This document shows positions 24,501 to 35,622 of a stretch of DNA of 64,000 nt, in pieces. How positions within the stretch are numbered: position 1 is the first letter of the stretch; each line of letters opens with the position of its first letter. The DNA is from Chrysemys picta bellii. Its lineage: Eukaryota. The notes under the pieces are model-generated. The model was given only the letters and a program-made list of their open reading frames with translations. It did not search any database and was not told the DNA's origin. Position numbers and translations under genes: made by a program. Where the stretch lies: positions 71,114,001 through 71,178,000 of the forward strand of contig NC_088793.1 of assembly GCF_011386835.1 (NCBI RefSeq). Direction: 5' to 3'.

Positions 24501-26022
24501 CTGCGGCAGCACTGTGAATCCCCAAGTATAGCCAAGGCCTTAGGCACAAAGAGGTTATGAGCTATCCAAAGGTCACATAGTAAATCAATGGCAAATTTGG
24601 GAATAGAATCCTAACTCTCTTCTGCTTTGATCACTCTACTCCTATGTAGATAATAGGAGTGTGGGGAAATGAAATAACCGGTATTCTTAAGAGTAGCGTG
24701 TTTGACTTTTTGAGTCTGGAGCAGGGATCAGCAACCTTTGGCACGCGGCCTGCCAGGGTAAGCAACCTAGAGGGCCGGGCCGGTTTGTTTACCTGCCGCT
24801 TCCGCAGGTTCGGCCGATCACGGCTCCCACTGGCCGTGGCTCGACGCTCCAGGCCAATGGGGGCTGCAGGAAGCGGCGCAGGCCGAGGGATTCAAAACTT
24901 CAAAATGTGGGATCTGAGTTCTGCACAAATGGTAGAAAACTAGGGGTTAACCTGGTAGTACAGCCCTATGAAATTTGAAGACCATGGTTTTGAATACCAT
25001 AGACCTAGGTTCTAAGTCTCTAGGCTGAGTAAACTTCATTGCATCTTTTATTGTACCAATATAGGGGAAGAATGAGAATATTTTATTCCAAAAATTTAGT
25101 CTGCCTGTATATCTATATTAACATGTGCTTGTATGCAGCAACACTGCTGTTAGCTTTACATCAGTAAAAGGAAGTGCCTGCTATCAGTTTCATAGCACTG
25201 TTTTAATTAATGTTTCATAGTTTTGGATCAGTGGGGTTTGTGTGTCAAAGTAATGTTTAGAAATTAATTTAATCTTGGAATTTTTTCTTTAGAAATGATG
25301 ACCGAGAAATTCTATTGGAGTGTCAAAAAAATGGACCATCAGGAAAAACATTTATTTCCATAGCTGCCAGGCTAAACAAAAGCCCAAATCAGGTATATAT
25401 ATTTATTCTAGTTGGACTAGCTACTGTATTGCTACATTTCTGATTGCATAGTCCTGGAACAATATTTTTCTTCAAAGCACTTAAGGACAGAGATGTCAAG
25501 CTTCACAAATTAGGAATTATTTTTGTTCTTGTACATGTAGTTGGGGATTGGAAGAAGGGGAAATCTCTCAGATTTTTTTTTTTTTTTTTTTTTGAATCCT
25601 AAGCATTCGTCTTTTGTATGTCTCAAGTCCTTAGGCAGGAATACTATGTCGAAAATAAAGTAGTACTGGACTCCATCTGTCTTGAATCTCAGTAATTATG
25701 ATGGAGAATGAAGATTTCAATCACTGAAAGTGTAAAGTGGAGCAGAAGACCCATTTACTGTCATGTTCCTAAATCCTTTGGGCACTTTTGAATTTTAGGG
25801 GGCGATTTTTCAAAAAACAAACTAATGAGGAGTTGAGAGACGAAAGAACAAAAAAATCTAGATAGGTTTACATCTAGAAATTTTAATACTGGAGGATTAA
25901 TCTGACCTGGTAGATGTTGAAATCCAGAACACTAATAATGTGTGTTTTGTTTTTTCTCCCCTTAGGTTTCAGAAAGATTCAAGCAGTTAATGAAGTTGTT
26001 CAAAAAGTCGAAGTGCAAGTAG
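498..26022 (+). CDS. CASP8AP2: CASP8-associated protein 2 (FLASH), spliced CDS of 9 coding exons, 1934 aa
   Basis: Join 498-546, 2748-2822, 3929-4029, 5582-5656, 6761-6876, 12048-14284, 18734-21728, 25293-25392, 25966-26022 = 5805 nt, open frame, all introns GT-AG with matching phases. Recognisable FLASH motifs: [84 protein letters not shown]-terminal SANT/Myb-like [27 protein letters not shown]. Confidence 0.95.
1967..2157 (+). mobile_element. Fold-back Penelope-like element remnant with decayed hammerhead core
   Basis: gtttcagagtggtagctgtgttagtc head; 54-bp inverted arms 2010-2063/2096-2149 (51/54); CTGATGA..GAAA at 2070-2097. Confidence 0.7.
2748..2822 (+). CDS. CASP8AP2: CASP8AP2 coding exon: [25 protein letters not shown]
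   Basis: Acceptor cttgcag|, donor AG|gtatgt, 75 nt phase 1-1; matches the SLDIYAGLDS region of FLASH. Confidence 0.9.
3929..4029 (+). CDS. CASP8AP2: CASP8AP2 coding exon: [34 protein letters not shown]
   Basis: Acceptor tatttcag|, donor |gtgtgt; matches [24 protein letters not shown]. Confidence 0.93.
4251..4554. mobile_element. Non-autonomous hAT element (MITE)
   Basis: TIRs caggggtaggcaacct / aggttgctgactcctg; perfect 8-bp TSD tgttaatg. Confidence 0.9.
5582..5656 (+). CDS. CASP8AP2: CASP8AP2 coding exon: [25 protein letters not shown] (coiled coil)
   Basis: Acceptor ttttacag|, donor CAG|gtactg, phase 0-0. Confidence 0.93.
5765..5853 (+). mobile_element. Penelope-like terminal fragment with hammerhead-like core
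   Basis: tgacgaaatgggtattcacccacgaaagcttatgctc..gttagtctataaggtgccacaggactc, related to the 2070-2149 arm. Confidence 0.65.
6761..6876 (+). CDS. CASP8AP2: CASP8AP2 coding exon: [39 protein letters not shown] (Lsm11-binding coiled coil)
   Basis: Acceptor ttttaaatag|, donor AG|gtacaa; near identical to mammalian FLASH aa ~100-138. Confidence 0.95.
7178..8147. mobile_element. Degenerate or composite hAT-type element with G-rich interior
   Basis: Ends aagtgatctccaacct / cagttggtgaccactg; weak TSD gtgtagac/atgtgaac; the interior produces spurious GC-rich ORFs. Confidence 0.6.
8400..8590 (+). mobile_element. MIR/CORE-SINE
   Basis: aaattcccagctctgtcac..tgtgacctcaggcaagtc..cagtttatccatctgtaaaatg is the CORE domain. 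Confidence 0.75.
11281..11850 (-). mobile_element. Non-autonomous hAT element (copy A)
   Basis: TIRs cagagatgggcaaact / agtttgcccacccct; TSD ctctgtag/ctttatag (6/8). Confidence 0.85.
12048..14284 (+). CDS. CASP8AP2: CASP8AP2 large exon 7 (2237 nt)
   Basis: Acceptor caaatag|G TTA TCA GAA TTT (RLSEF); in frame with ORF 12247..14460; donor AAA G|gtatta after KSYNK. Confidence 0.93.
16230..16360. mobile_element. Penelope-like fragment (same family as 23092-23316)
   Basis: caccaacagaagttggtccaataaaag..ctctaatatcacgggaccaacacg shared with the 23.2 kb element. Confidence 0.55.
16398..17090 (+). mobile_element. Non-autonomous hAT element (copy B, inverted relative to A), with a CR1/SINE 3' tail at ~16920-16966 inside
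   Basis: TIRs ggggtgggcaaact / agtttgcccacgtctg; both ends match copy A in reverse complement; contains ggactcaatgacctttcaaggtcccttccagttctatgag. Confidence 0.85.
18734..21728 (+). CDS. CASP8AP2: CASP8AP2 large exon 8 (2995 nt)
   Basis: Acceptor tctttatag|, in frame with ORF 18838..21732; donor TGG ACA AG|gtaaga. Confidence 0.95.
22254..23412 (+). mobile_element. 5'-truncated CR1 LINE 3' end, interrupted by a Penelope-like insert
   Basis: Decayed ORF2 C-terminus (atgaaattcagtgttgattaatgtaaagta.., gaatattgcgtgcagtcctggtcacccc..) and 3' UTR ggaccattggtctgacccagtatggcc..atgttct. Confidence 0.85.
23092..23316. mobile_element. Fold-back Penelope-like element nested in CR1
   Basis: Inverted arms (tagagagacaaagtagg..ccaacttttgttgg / ccaacagaagttggtcc..cttgcctctcta); flanked by 13-bp direct repeat ctttgaagcatct (23079-23091, 23317-23329). 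Confidence 0.7.
23574..23955. mobile_element. Non-autonomous hAT element
   Basis: TIRs caggggtggccaacct / aggttggccaccccg; perfect TSD agttaaga. Confidence 0.9.
24261..24539. mobile_element. PIF/Harbinger-type MITE inserted into a MIR (MIR flanks ~24200-24260 and 24540-24640)
   Basis: TIRs agccttggctacactg / aagtatagccaaggcc; 3-bp TSD tga/tta; removing it restores MIR-like cccattttacagatg..actga|ggcacaaagagg..caaggtcaca. Confidence 0.75.
24722..24890. mobile_element. Truncated hAT MITE end
   Basis: cagggatcagcaacctttggcacgcggcc TIR-type start; no partner end found. Confidence 0.65.
25293..25392 (+). CDS. CASP8AP2: CASP8AP2 exon, SANT/Myb-like domain: [34 protein letters not shown]
   Basis: Acceptor ttttctttag|, donor CAG|gtatat. 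Confidence 0.95.
25966..26022 (+). CDS. CASP8AP2: CASP8AP2 last coding exon: [18 protein letters not shown]
   Basis: Acceptor ctccccttag|, TAG at 26020-26022; matches mammalian VSERFQQLMKLFEKSKCR. Confidence 0.95.
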   Translation, partial: VSERFKQLMKLFKKSKCK

Positions 26023-26408
26023 CTATTAAGCAAGCTGCTGTTGTGATACAGAGTTTTGCTGTTGTCAGCAACGACTGACTACTCCAAGTACACGCTTATG
26101 AATACTGTGGGAAGTATCCAAGTTGGAACACCTAGTTCAGTAAGCTGGTGCACAGTCATTTATTAGCTCACTCTTCTCCATACAGTTGAAATACTTTATC
26201 TCGGCTCAAATAGCAACAAGCATTCATTCTTTCAGCCTCGTCTCTCAATAGTATGTCAGCCATATGTGGGGAAAACAAAAACCAAACAAAACCAGCAGGC
26301 TGAATGAAGGAGAAAATTCCTGTACAAATGGAACAGTGTGAATTCAAAACTGTGGAAATTCGGTTGTTGGTTAAACTTGTTACATAACTGCGGAAACTTG
26401 CTCAGTCA

Positions 26409-26433
26409 AATAAAGCTAGTGAAACCTATTAAA
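26409..26433 (+). terminator. Candidate proximal poly(A) signals of CASP8AP2 (AATAAA 26409, ATTAAA 26428)
   Basis: Two hexamers ~390-410 nt after the stop codon. Confidence 0.45.
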
Positions 26434-28512
26434 GGTGCTGTAAACAGACTTTGTGACAATGTCAAAGATGGGTTTTGTAAACCTAAATAATTGCCTGGAG
26501 TCCAATTGCTAGGAAATCTTGGGTGTGTAAAACATCAAAATACTGTTTTGGGTTTTTTTGTTTTTTTTGTTTTTGTTTTGTTTTGTTTTGTTTTTTGGTT
26601 TTCCAAATGTGACTTTAAAATACAGTTCCTAATAGGAATAATCCTGAAGTCAGTTGTTCTAGTAACTGGATTATCACATAATGAGAGAGTTGATCCTTTC
26701 CTACTGCATGAATTGCTAACAGTGGAATTCATGTGGGGGAAAAATCGGACATTGTGTCAAGGAGTTAAACTAGTAATTAATTCAATGGCCAGTTTTTCAG
26801 ATGACTGCTTACGTTCTGCGATTGACTGCTGTGGAGTATTCCTTTACTAAGGGCTATTTTGAAGGTGAAAAGTGGCTGTTCAGACTCTGTTTCAAAAATC
26901 TTTGTCTGTTAAATTTTGAACAGCTGAATTTTTCCTTCAGAAGAAATGTATAGGTAATTTATCCTCTAACTTGCATCTTAGAAATAGCCATTTATTTAAA
27001 TAGCATCCTTCAATATGTGGGGGGCTTGGGCACTAAAATTTAATATGATTTAATCACCTTAATTTAAATGGTTTAGAAACATGGACTTTTGTAATTGCCT
27101 TGTAAAAGGCGATTTCATACCCGGGGGGAAATCCTTTTCTAAACAGCCACTGAAAGCCTACGTCCATTTAATATACTTGAGCATCATCATGTCAATCTTC
27201 AAAAGTTTCCTTGCATAAGATGTCTAACTGTATGTGTTTAACTCTTTAAAATCTTAGAAATTGTTATCTTATATGTTAGTATACTATCTTTAAAATACAC
27301 ATTACCATTTTATAGGTTTTTAATAAGTTTTTTTACAGATGCCTCTTTAATCACAGTCTGCTAACTATGCACTGGACAAATTTGTAATTTGAATGAATAG
27401 ATGTCAGGGTTCAGGACCAGATTCTGTGGTCTTTACTCCATCAAAACATAAATTGAAATAACCTGGAGTTTTGCCTGAATAAGAACCTTGCCCTGGTTTA
27501 CTAACTTCAGTTTCATGCTACAATTTAGGTTGGCTTGCATTTTTTCAAAAGCCAACAAACCCTTATTATACCATCAGCACACCATATGTTATTCCCCTGC
27601 CACATATGTCCTCAGAGGAACAACATATTAGACATACATATGTCAGAACAAACATATTAGAACTAGAAGCCCAGTAGACTGTCGAATTATTCCTTGACAA
27701 TTCTGCTGTTGTTTTCTGTTTTGCGAGTATTACCTATGGAGTCATGACTGTTATATTGCCAGAAAGTATGAAACCTATGTTTTATATAGCACCCTATACA
27801 ATGTTAGAAGTAGTGAATTATTTAAACATAGGTTGTGGTGTTGCAATTGGCAGTTTTCCATCTTATAGACACTTGCTACTAAAACTTGATTGCTTTTAAT
27901 GATCAAATTCTGTCCTAAGGCACACAAGGCCGCCCCCAGTGATTTCAGTGGGAGTTCTTGTATGCATATCTGTATTGGCCCTAAAAATTATTTGTGCCAA
28001 TTGTTAAAACTATAAGTAAATTGATTAACAAGTCTATTCTCTGTATATTCAGTTTGCAGAGTTGCATTTGCTTGCTCTTCTGGAATAATTAGAAGTTGCT
28101 GCTGGGGAATGTTCAAAAAAAATTCTCCTTATAGAACAAAATGTGTACAGTATCAAAGGCACTAAAGAAAAGCTAATGGCTTTCAGTGCTTGACCCGCCT
28201 CTTCCCCCTCACAAAAGCAAGCAATAAATATTATTATAAAGCACACTTGGCCCCTCTTTCTGTTTCTCTACGTTCATAACTAAGAAAAATGATTGGTTTA
28301 GTTCTGACTTGAATTCCTTTGTTGTAAATTGTTAAACTATTTTTTTAAATGTTGCCTATTGTAAGTATGTGTACAGGTTCCCATATGGCCATGTAAAATA
28401 TCTTGTGTATATATGTATATATAGTTTGTTTAGCCAAAGATTTTTAACTATGTAAAACTCCAAGTTTATTTTGTATAAACTGTTTGCTTACTGTAAGAGC
28501 AATGCAAAAAAT

Positions 28513-28518
28513 AATAAA
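28513..28518 (+). terminator. Candidate distal poly(A) signal of CASP8AP2
   Basis: AATAAA preceded by a TGTA-rich tract (28350-28500) and followed by T/GT-rich sequence. Confidence 0.45.
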
Positions 28519-30160
28519 ACCTTGTAAAGTTCACACTTATGTTCTTGTTGATCAAATGTTGGCTTGAAGTATTTTGTACCATTGTTTGTAATTTATTCAA
28601 TAAGAATTTTGATACCATATATGCAAAATGTACTGTCTGTAAACCTACAGTCTAACTTGTAAACCTCAGGTAAATGAAAACAACTTTGTCGCTAATGGTG
28701 TGGCTACTGCTATGCAGCAGCATTAAAGCTGCTTCTATAAAAAATGAGGATGTTGGGGAAGTTCTTCTCCCTTTCCTCCACCTGAACAATAAACATAAAA
28801 GTGTTTAGCCAGCACTCTGATTACGTGAATTATGTATTGGCTTATTTTTAAGTGAACTATTAATGTGTTAAACATTTATGTGTCTACAAAATGACTAGAT
28901 GGGAAACTGAGCCCTCCTTTAAAAACAAACTCAAATGTTTCTTAAAATATTTGAGAATTGTATAGTTTCCCCTCCCTCTTTCCAAAGTGTACGTGTTGCT
29001 GCTGTGAGATTAACATCTAAATTTAGTAACACATGAGGAAGATGGTTTTTCCATGGAAAGTAGATAATGTAGTAACTTCCCTCCCTCCTCAAAAAAAAAA
29101 TCATAATCTGACTTGCTATTTAGGAGTAAATCCTTTTATCAGGTAGGAGCATGGAGACACAAGCCACCTCATATAGACAGAGCTGAACCATTCTGTTGGG
29201 TAGAAACTAATACATTCAGTTGGCAATAGCATTAAAGGGTTTTCCACAGCAGAAATTCTACTTGCAGGCATGGTACCTGAGTAGGTTGCCCATACTGAGG
29301 CCCTTTTCTTGTCCTCTAATGGATGACCAGATTGCAATTAAATGCCTGTGTCAGCCTACTCAACATGGGGCTTCGGCTAAGGAGCTGTTTTATTGTGGTG
29401 TAGATGCTCAGGCTGGAGCCTAAGCTGTGAGACCTTCTCCCTTTGGGTATGAGTCAATCAACACAGGCCAGCTGCAGGTGTTTAATTGCAGTGTAGACAT
29501 ACCCTAAGTGTACTCCTTTCACATGGGAGGCCTATGCCTCCACTTTTCCTTGGGGTGAGATTGCACAATCCAACTACACTGATCAGGTCTCTGGGTTGCA
29601 GCCTCCTGTGTACCAACCAGGACTAATAGAGCAGGTCCAATTGGGGTTGGCTTCTGCAAGGATTTCCCTTTGCAAGTCAGACGCAACATATTTGTAGTGT
29701 TATAATTTGTTTTGAAGAAGCTGTTTCTATGATTTATTTTTCCCAATAGGTACACACAGCTCAGAGAAGTGTTTTTAAAAAAAAACACCTGCATCCATAT
29801 TCACTTAACTAAGCTTAACATCTTTATCTACAGCTTAGGTGGAGTTGGCTTATTCCCCAGCCTACATGGTTTATAGAGTAGCTCAGTCAGTCTGCTTTTT
29901 CACTGATACAGCCTGGCTCACCATTCTGACCACTTTCTCCTCTTTCTTTCTGCCAGGGGCTTTTTTCAAAAAACAGTGAAGATCTGATCTCAGGCTTATC
30001 CTTGGATAGAGTAAAACATCCTAGCCTACCAACTGATGGCCCAGCCCTTGTTGTCTTAGTGCCCTTGAAGCTAGGTTCCTGATAGGTAATCAGCCACAAC
30101 ACTTCCTGCTTGGCCCCTTACCCACTGTTTTACAGCCTCTTGATTTAACACTGCATTTAG

Positions 30161-30464
30161 CAGGGCCGGCTCTGGCTTTTTTGCCACCCCAGGCAAAAAA
30201 GCCGCCGGCCGCCCCCCCTTCGCGCCCCCCCCCCCCCCCGGGGAGGGCGGCCGGAGCCCTGGGAGGGCGGCCAGAGCGCAGGGGGCAGGGCGGCGAGCCC
30301 CAGCCAGGGCGCGCCGGGGGGGGGGGTGGCGGCCAGAGCGCCGGGGGGGGGTGGCGAGCCCGGCCGTGGCCCCGCTCTCCCCGGGGGCCGGAGTGCCGCG
30401 CCGCCCCCCTCCAGGTGCCGCCCCAAGCACAAGCTTGGTGGGCTGGTGCCTGGAGCCGGCCCTG
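30161..30464. mobile_element. Young GC-rich hAT MITE
   Basis: TIRs cagggccggctc / gagccggccctg; perfect TSD gcatttag; CpG-rich. Confidence 0.92.
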
Positions 30465-30594
30465 GCATTTAGGTAGGCAGTAATACACACTTGAACAGTG
30501 AACATAAAAAATACAGGCATTTCCCCTCAGAGGTGCTGTAGCAAAGTTAGTTGTATATCATTGTGGCGCTCTAATGTGTAGTAATCTTATTAAT

Positions 30595-30782
30595 ATTATA
30601 TGGAGATAGGTATATCTCATAGAACTGGAAGGGACCCTGAGAGGTCATCGAGACCAGCCCGCAGCCTTCAATAGCAGGACCAAGTACTGATTTTGCCCCA
30701 GATCCCTAAATGGCCCCCTCAAGGATTGAACTCACAACCCTGGGTTTAGCAGGCCAATGCTCAAACCACTGAGCTATCCCTC
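30595..30782 (-). mobile_element. Tortoise-type tRNA-derived SINE with CR1-derived 3' tail
   Basis: Minus strand: A box tagctcagtgg, B box gttcaatcc, tail gatgacctctcagggtcccttccagttctatgag. Confidence 0.85.
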
Positions 30783-31266
30783 TCCCCCTAAAATATTTTT
30801 CTTTTGGTTCTTGAGTCCAGCAACCCAAGAATCACCCAAAGTCCCAAAAGTCCAGCAACCCAAAAGTCTCTGTCCCTCATCAGTGCAGCCCCAGAGTTCA
30901 AAAGTTTATCTGCAGAGTTTTACACACACACACACACACACCCCCGGGTGGAAATGGGGAGGCCCGCCACAGGATGTTAAGGGGCACCTTACCTGGTCCC
31001 AAGGCCGACTGCCCCACGTCTCTGTGGGGTTCTGCTACAGACTTCACCGTGAGCCGCTCCAGCCGTCTCATGAAGTGCTCCGCTCTGCCAGCTGCTTAGC
31101 AATATAGCTTCAGGGCCCCCCACTAGTTAACACAGTGCTCAAGTGATTTCAGCTCTCAGTAATTTTAGCTCTTTAGTGATTTCAGCTCATAGCAGGGGAG
31201 CCCCAGTGCTGGTGCACCATTGGCCCAAAGTCAATTCAGCTCAGCAGCCTGTAACTAAACTTCTAA

Positions 31267-31553
31267 GGGTAGGTCTACACTACCCGGTAGTTCGGTGGCA
31301 AGCAAATCGAACTTCTGGGTTCGCCTTATCGCGTCTTGTCTGGACGAGATAAGTCGAACCCAGACGTGCTCGCCGTCGACTGCGGTACTCCAGCTCGGCG
31401 AGAGGAGTACTGCGAAGTCGACGGGGGAGCCTGCCTGCCGCGTCTGGACCGAGGTAAGTTCGAACTAAGGTACTTCGAACTTCAGCTACGTTATTCACGT
31501 AGCTGAAGTTGCGTACCTTAGTTCGAATTGGGGGGGTTAGTGTAGACCTGCCC
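31267..31553. mobile_element. PIF/Harbinger MITE
   Basis: TIRs gggtaggtctacacta / tagtgtagacctgccc; TSD TAA; internal hairpins; CpG retained. Confidence 0.9.
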
Positions 31554-33484
31554 TAAGAGAATCAAAATTAGGTCAGATATTCAACAGTGGAGAGAGAAGA
31601 AGAAGGTGCAATTGGTGTTTCGGGGCCCACACCACCACCAGGTACAAATACCTGTCCCCAGCCTCTCTCATTAAGAAACCTCCCTATTGTTTATAAGTGG
31701 AGATAGGACAGAACCTTGAGGGCTAGCATCAGCAGTGGATGTGAAATATAATAGTGTGTCATTTGGCAGTTATGACTGGACGTAGAAGGCACTTCTTCAG
31801 CTACTAGTTAGTTACCAAACCAACAACCCATGATCATTTGTATCAAAAACTTCTAGACAGCTGACAACCTAAAGCCAGCTTGCAATGGGTCATAATTAAA
31901 ATGCAGCCTTCCTTATAAAGGAAACTTGGAACCTACTTAGGTTGCCTGTAGGGTCCAAGGCACCTGGAATTAAATTTAGGGCATTCTCAGCTTTCCTAGA
32001 AAGGTATGAAATTGAGCAGCAAGTAACACGCAGTTCAGCAACAAAAGTGGGTTTCTTGAGATTAGCCTTCCACCTGCTTACGAATGATTGGTAGTCTTCC
32101 CTCTCTAAATGTAGCATTGAGCATTCCTGTCCATAAAGTCACTACTGTAAGCAACCACCGTCTAATGCAGGCTAGAGCCATAAGTGATGGGATTCAAGGA
32201 AATCAGACTGTATCAACATCTCAGCAGAAAACAAATGTGGCCAATGGATAACAGTCTGCAGGAGAAGGCAGTTCTCATAATCATAAAGGGCTAATACTGA
32301 TCTATTTATTTGCAAAGGCTATTGCAAAACTATCACAGCATGCAAATGAAGGGACTAGTAGCAGATGAAGGCTATCCACAGTAATTTGTGTTGTCCTTAT
32401 TTAAAAAGGCTCAGGTGGAGCGGTTGTGGAGTAACATGTCAACCTCAGGCAGAGTCCTTGAGTATGCGTTATCTATTTTTTGTTGTAAGAGTATAGTCGT
32501 GGTGCCTTTCCTTCCCAATCTATCTCTCTGTTCATGTCTCAGTGGCCACCAGAGTCAAGCTGGGTTCAGTGAGGGGTCAGCGAGTTAAGCACAGAGGGAA
32601 TTTAGGCTGAGAATTGCAATGCCTAAATTTAAGAGGCCCTGCCACCAAGTGGTAGGTGCCATACACTGCATGGAAAGAGTTAGGCACCTAGGAAGGGAAT
32701 TCACAGAAGACAGCCTGCTGAGGCGGAGATTTGGCTGTGTTAGCCAGGAGGAAATGCCAAGGAAAGGGGTATGGCCTAACCCTCATCCCTCAGAGGGAAG
32801 TAGACACCTAAGCCAGGTCAGATCTGGCTCAGGAAAAAACAAAAAGGTTTTAGTACAGTTTGCCCTTGTTGGCATTAGCTGGCCAATCTGTTACAACAGC
32901 TTCAAGTCAGAATTTTAGTATACATTACCTCAGTGGGGTGTTAAATTTAAAGCTTATAGTGGCTGTAAGACTAAACCATAGAACACCCATTATGCCATTA
33001 AAGTATTTTACATATATATATATATTTCTACCTGATGTTTTAAAGCATAGCTCTTGTTTTGCAACCTAACCTTATCTCTTAATTGGAGGCAGCTATGGCG
33101 CTGATGATGTATTGAGGCAGCACTCAGTAGAGAAGCATCAGGAAGGTGGTTTGGAAGAGTGGGTGAGACAACTCCACAATGACATGTTTCCCAAAACATC
33201 TCCCAAGCCTCCACCCTAGATAAAAAATCAAGCCTCCTAACTCATATCTTGCAACCCTGGTTCTCTATTTCCCAATCTTTCAGCTGCCAAGACACTATCA
33301 GACCCCCCACCACAAAGCCCCACACTTTACCCCACTCCACTGGCACCCTTCCATGGATGTGAATTTTACACAGGCCACCTATCAGGCAGTCTCGGTAGAA
33401 GGGTGTTTATCTTGGACAGAGTGGGCTGGCATCTATAGACAACAGCAGCAAATGGATGTAAGTAGTCTAACATTCATTTATCCA

Positions 33485-34675
33485 CTAACTCATCCCAGCC
33501 AGGGCTTTGTCAAGCCGGGCCTTTAAAACCTCTAAGGATGGAGATTCTACCACCTCTCTAGGTAACCCATTCCAGTGCTTCACCACCTTCCTAGTGAAAT
33601 AGTTTTTCTTAATATCCACCCTAGACCTCCCTCACTGTAACTTGAGACCATTGCTCCTTGTTCTGTCATCTGCCACCACTGAGAACAGCCTACCACCAAT
33701 CCTCTTTGGAACCCCACTTCAGGTAGTTGAAGGCTGCTATCAAATCCTCCCTCTTTCTTCTCTCCTGCAGACTAAATAAGCCCAGTTCCCTCAGCCTCTC
33801 CTCATAAGTCATGTGCCCCAGTCCCCTGGTCATTTTCATTGCCCTCCGCTGGACTCTCTCCAATTTGTCCTCATCCTTTCTGTAGTGGGGAGGGGGCCCA
33901 AAACTGGACGCAATACTCCAGATGTGGCCTCACCAGTGCCAAATAGAGGGGAATAATCACTTCCCTCGATCTGCTGGCAATGCTCCTACTAATGCAGCCT
34001 AATATGCCGTTAGCCTTCTTGGCAACAAGGCACACTATTGGCTCATATCCAGCTCCTCGTGAACTGTAATCTCTGGTCCTTTTCTGCAGAACTGCTGCTT
34101 AGCCAGTCGGTCCCCAGCCTGTAGCAGTGCATGGGATTATTCCATCCTAAGTGCAGGACTCTGCCCTTGTCCTTGTTGAACCTCATCAGATTTCTTTTGG
34201 CCCAATCCTCCAATTTGTCTAAGTCACTCTGAACCCTATCCCTACCGTCCAGTGTATCTACCTCTACCCCCACATTAGTGTCATCCATGAACTTGCTGAG
34301 GATGCAATCCATCCCATCATCCAGATCATTAATGAAGATGTTGAACAAAACCGGCCCCAGAACCGACCCTTGGGGCACTCTGCTTGATACCGGCTGCCAA
34401 CTAGACATCAAGCCATTGAACACTACCCATTGAACCCGATGATTCAGCCAGCTTTCTATCCACCTTACAGTCCATTCATCCAATCCATACTTTTTTAACT
34501 TGCTGGCAAGAATACTGTGGGAGACTGTATCAAAAACTTTGCTAAAGTCAAGGTATATCACATCCGCCGCTTTCCTAATATCCACAGAGCCAGAGCAATC
34601 AGGTTGGTCAGGCATGACTTGCCCTTGATGAATCCATGTTGACTGTTCTGATCACCTTCTTCTCTTCCAAGTGCT
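33485..34675 (-). mobile_element. CR1 LINE ORF2 (reverse transcriptase) fragment
   Basis: ORF 34043..34615: DVIYLDFSKVFDTVSH, VPQGSVLGPVLFNIFINDL, SKFMDDT (from FADDT); truncated at both ends. Confidence 0.93.
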
Positions 34676-34869
34676 GGGTTTAGTATAGTTTCATCAGTCC
34701 TTCATGCTCTTTTTTTTTGGTGATCAATGGCCCCAAAGTACTCTAAGGGAGATGGTTAGAGCATGGACACATTATATAAAAGAAAGAGTGATTAGCAACT
34801 TCCTTATCTCTTGCTGTATTAGTATAAAATGCAGCAGCTTCTACTGTAGACCAGGGAATAAAAGATTGA

Positions 34870-35134
34870 GAGTTTGTCTACACTAAAAGTGCTGCAGCTG
34901 TGCCGCTGTAGTTCTTCATTGCAGTTGCTACCTATGTGAACAGGAGGGCTTCTCCAACCAGCATACTCCAATCTTCCTAGAGGCGGTAGGACAATGGGAG
35001 AATTCTCCCATCAACCTAGTGCCGTTCTACACCAGGGGTTAAGTCGGTTTAACTGCATCGCTCAGGGGTGTGGATTTTTCACACACCTGAGCAACATAGT
35101 TTTACGGACCTAATTTCCTAGTGTAAACCAGGCC
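34870..35134. mobile_element. Older PIF/Harbinger MITE
   Basis: Ends gagtttgtctacacta / tagtgtaaaccaggcc; TSD tga/tga. Confidence 0.7.
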
Positions 35135-35622
35135 TGACTAACTGGTACATAATTTCCCCACATCAACAGATACTTCACTTTTTATAGCTGTGAAGGGCAT
35201 ATAACCTTTATTTTGCTCTCTCAGTACAAGCTTTAAAGACAATGAGACTCCTATTTCCTTGAACAGATTTCCCGAAGCAGACTCATTCAGTGAGATGGTG
35301 AAGGTGAAGAGGCTATAGAAGTGCCCAACTCTGCCACCTCCTGCATATCACCCATTCCTGACTTTGAATAGTCATCTAAGTGGTTATGATTTTCTATCAT
35401 AACCTAAGTGGAGGTGATTTTTCTATAATTTTCCCCCACACACTCTACAAATCCCAAGATGAAACTTTATCCCTTATAACCCAGGAAACCTTTCACAAAA
35501 AATAAACCCAGAAAAGCCTAATGACAGAGAGAAAAAAAGATGCTAACATTTCTGTCTGTCCTACAGTCAAACCCAGCTTCTTTCTACCCCCAAACAAAAC
35601 ACAAACAAAAATACCCTATAGC

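Noticed and set aside
30700-30782. tRNA-like A/B boxes
   Set aside because: This is the head of a SINE attached to a CR1 tail, not a tRNA gene.
31395-31530. Regular repeats that might suggest a CRISPR-like array
   Set aside because: These are internal inverted repeats of a Harbinger MITE in a eukaryotic genome; there is no repeat-spacer periodicity.
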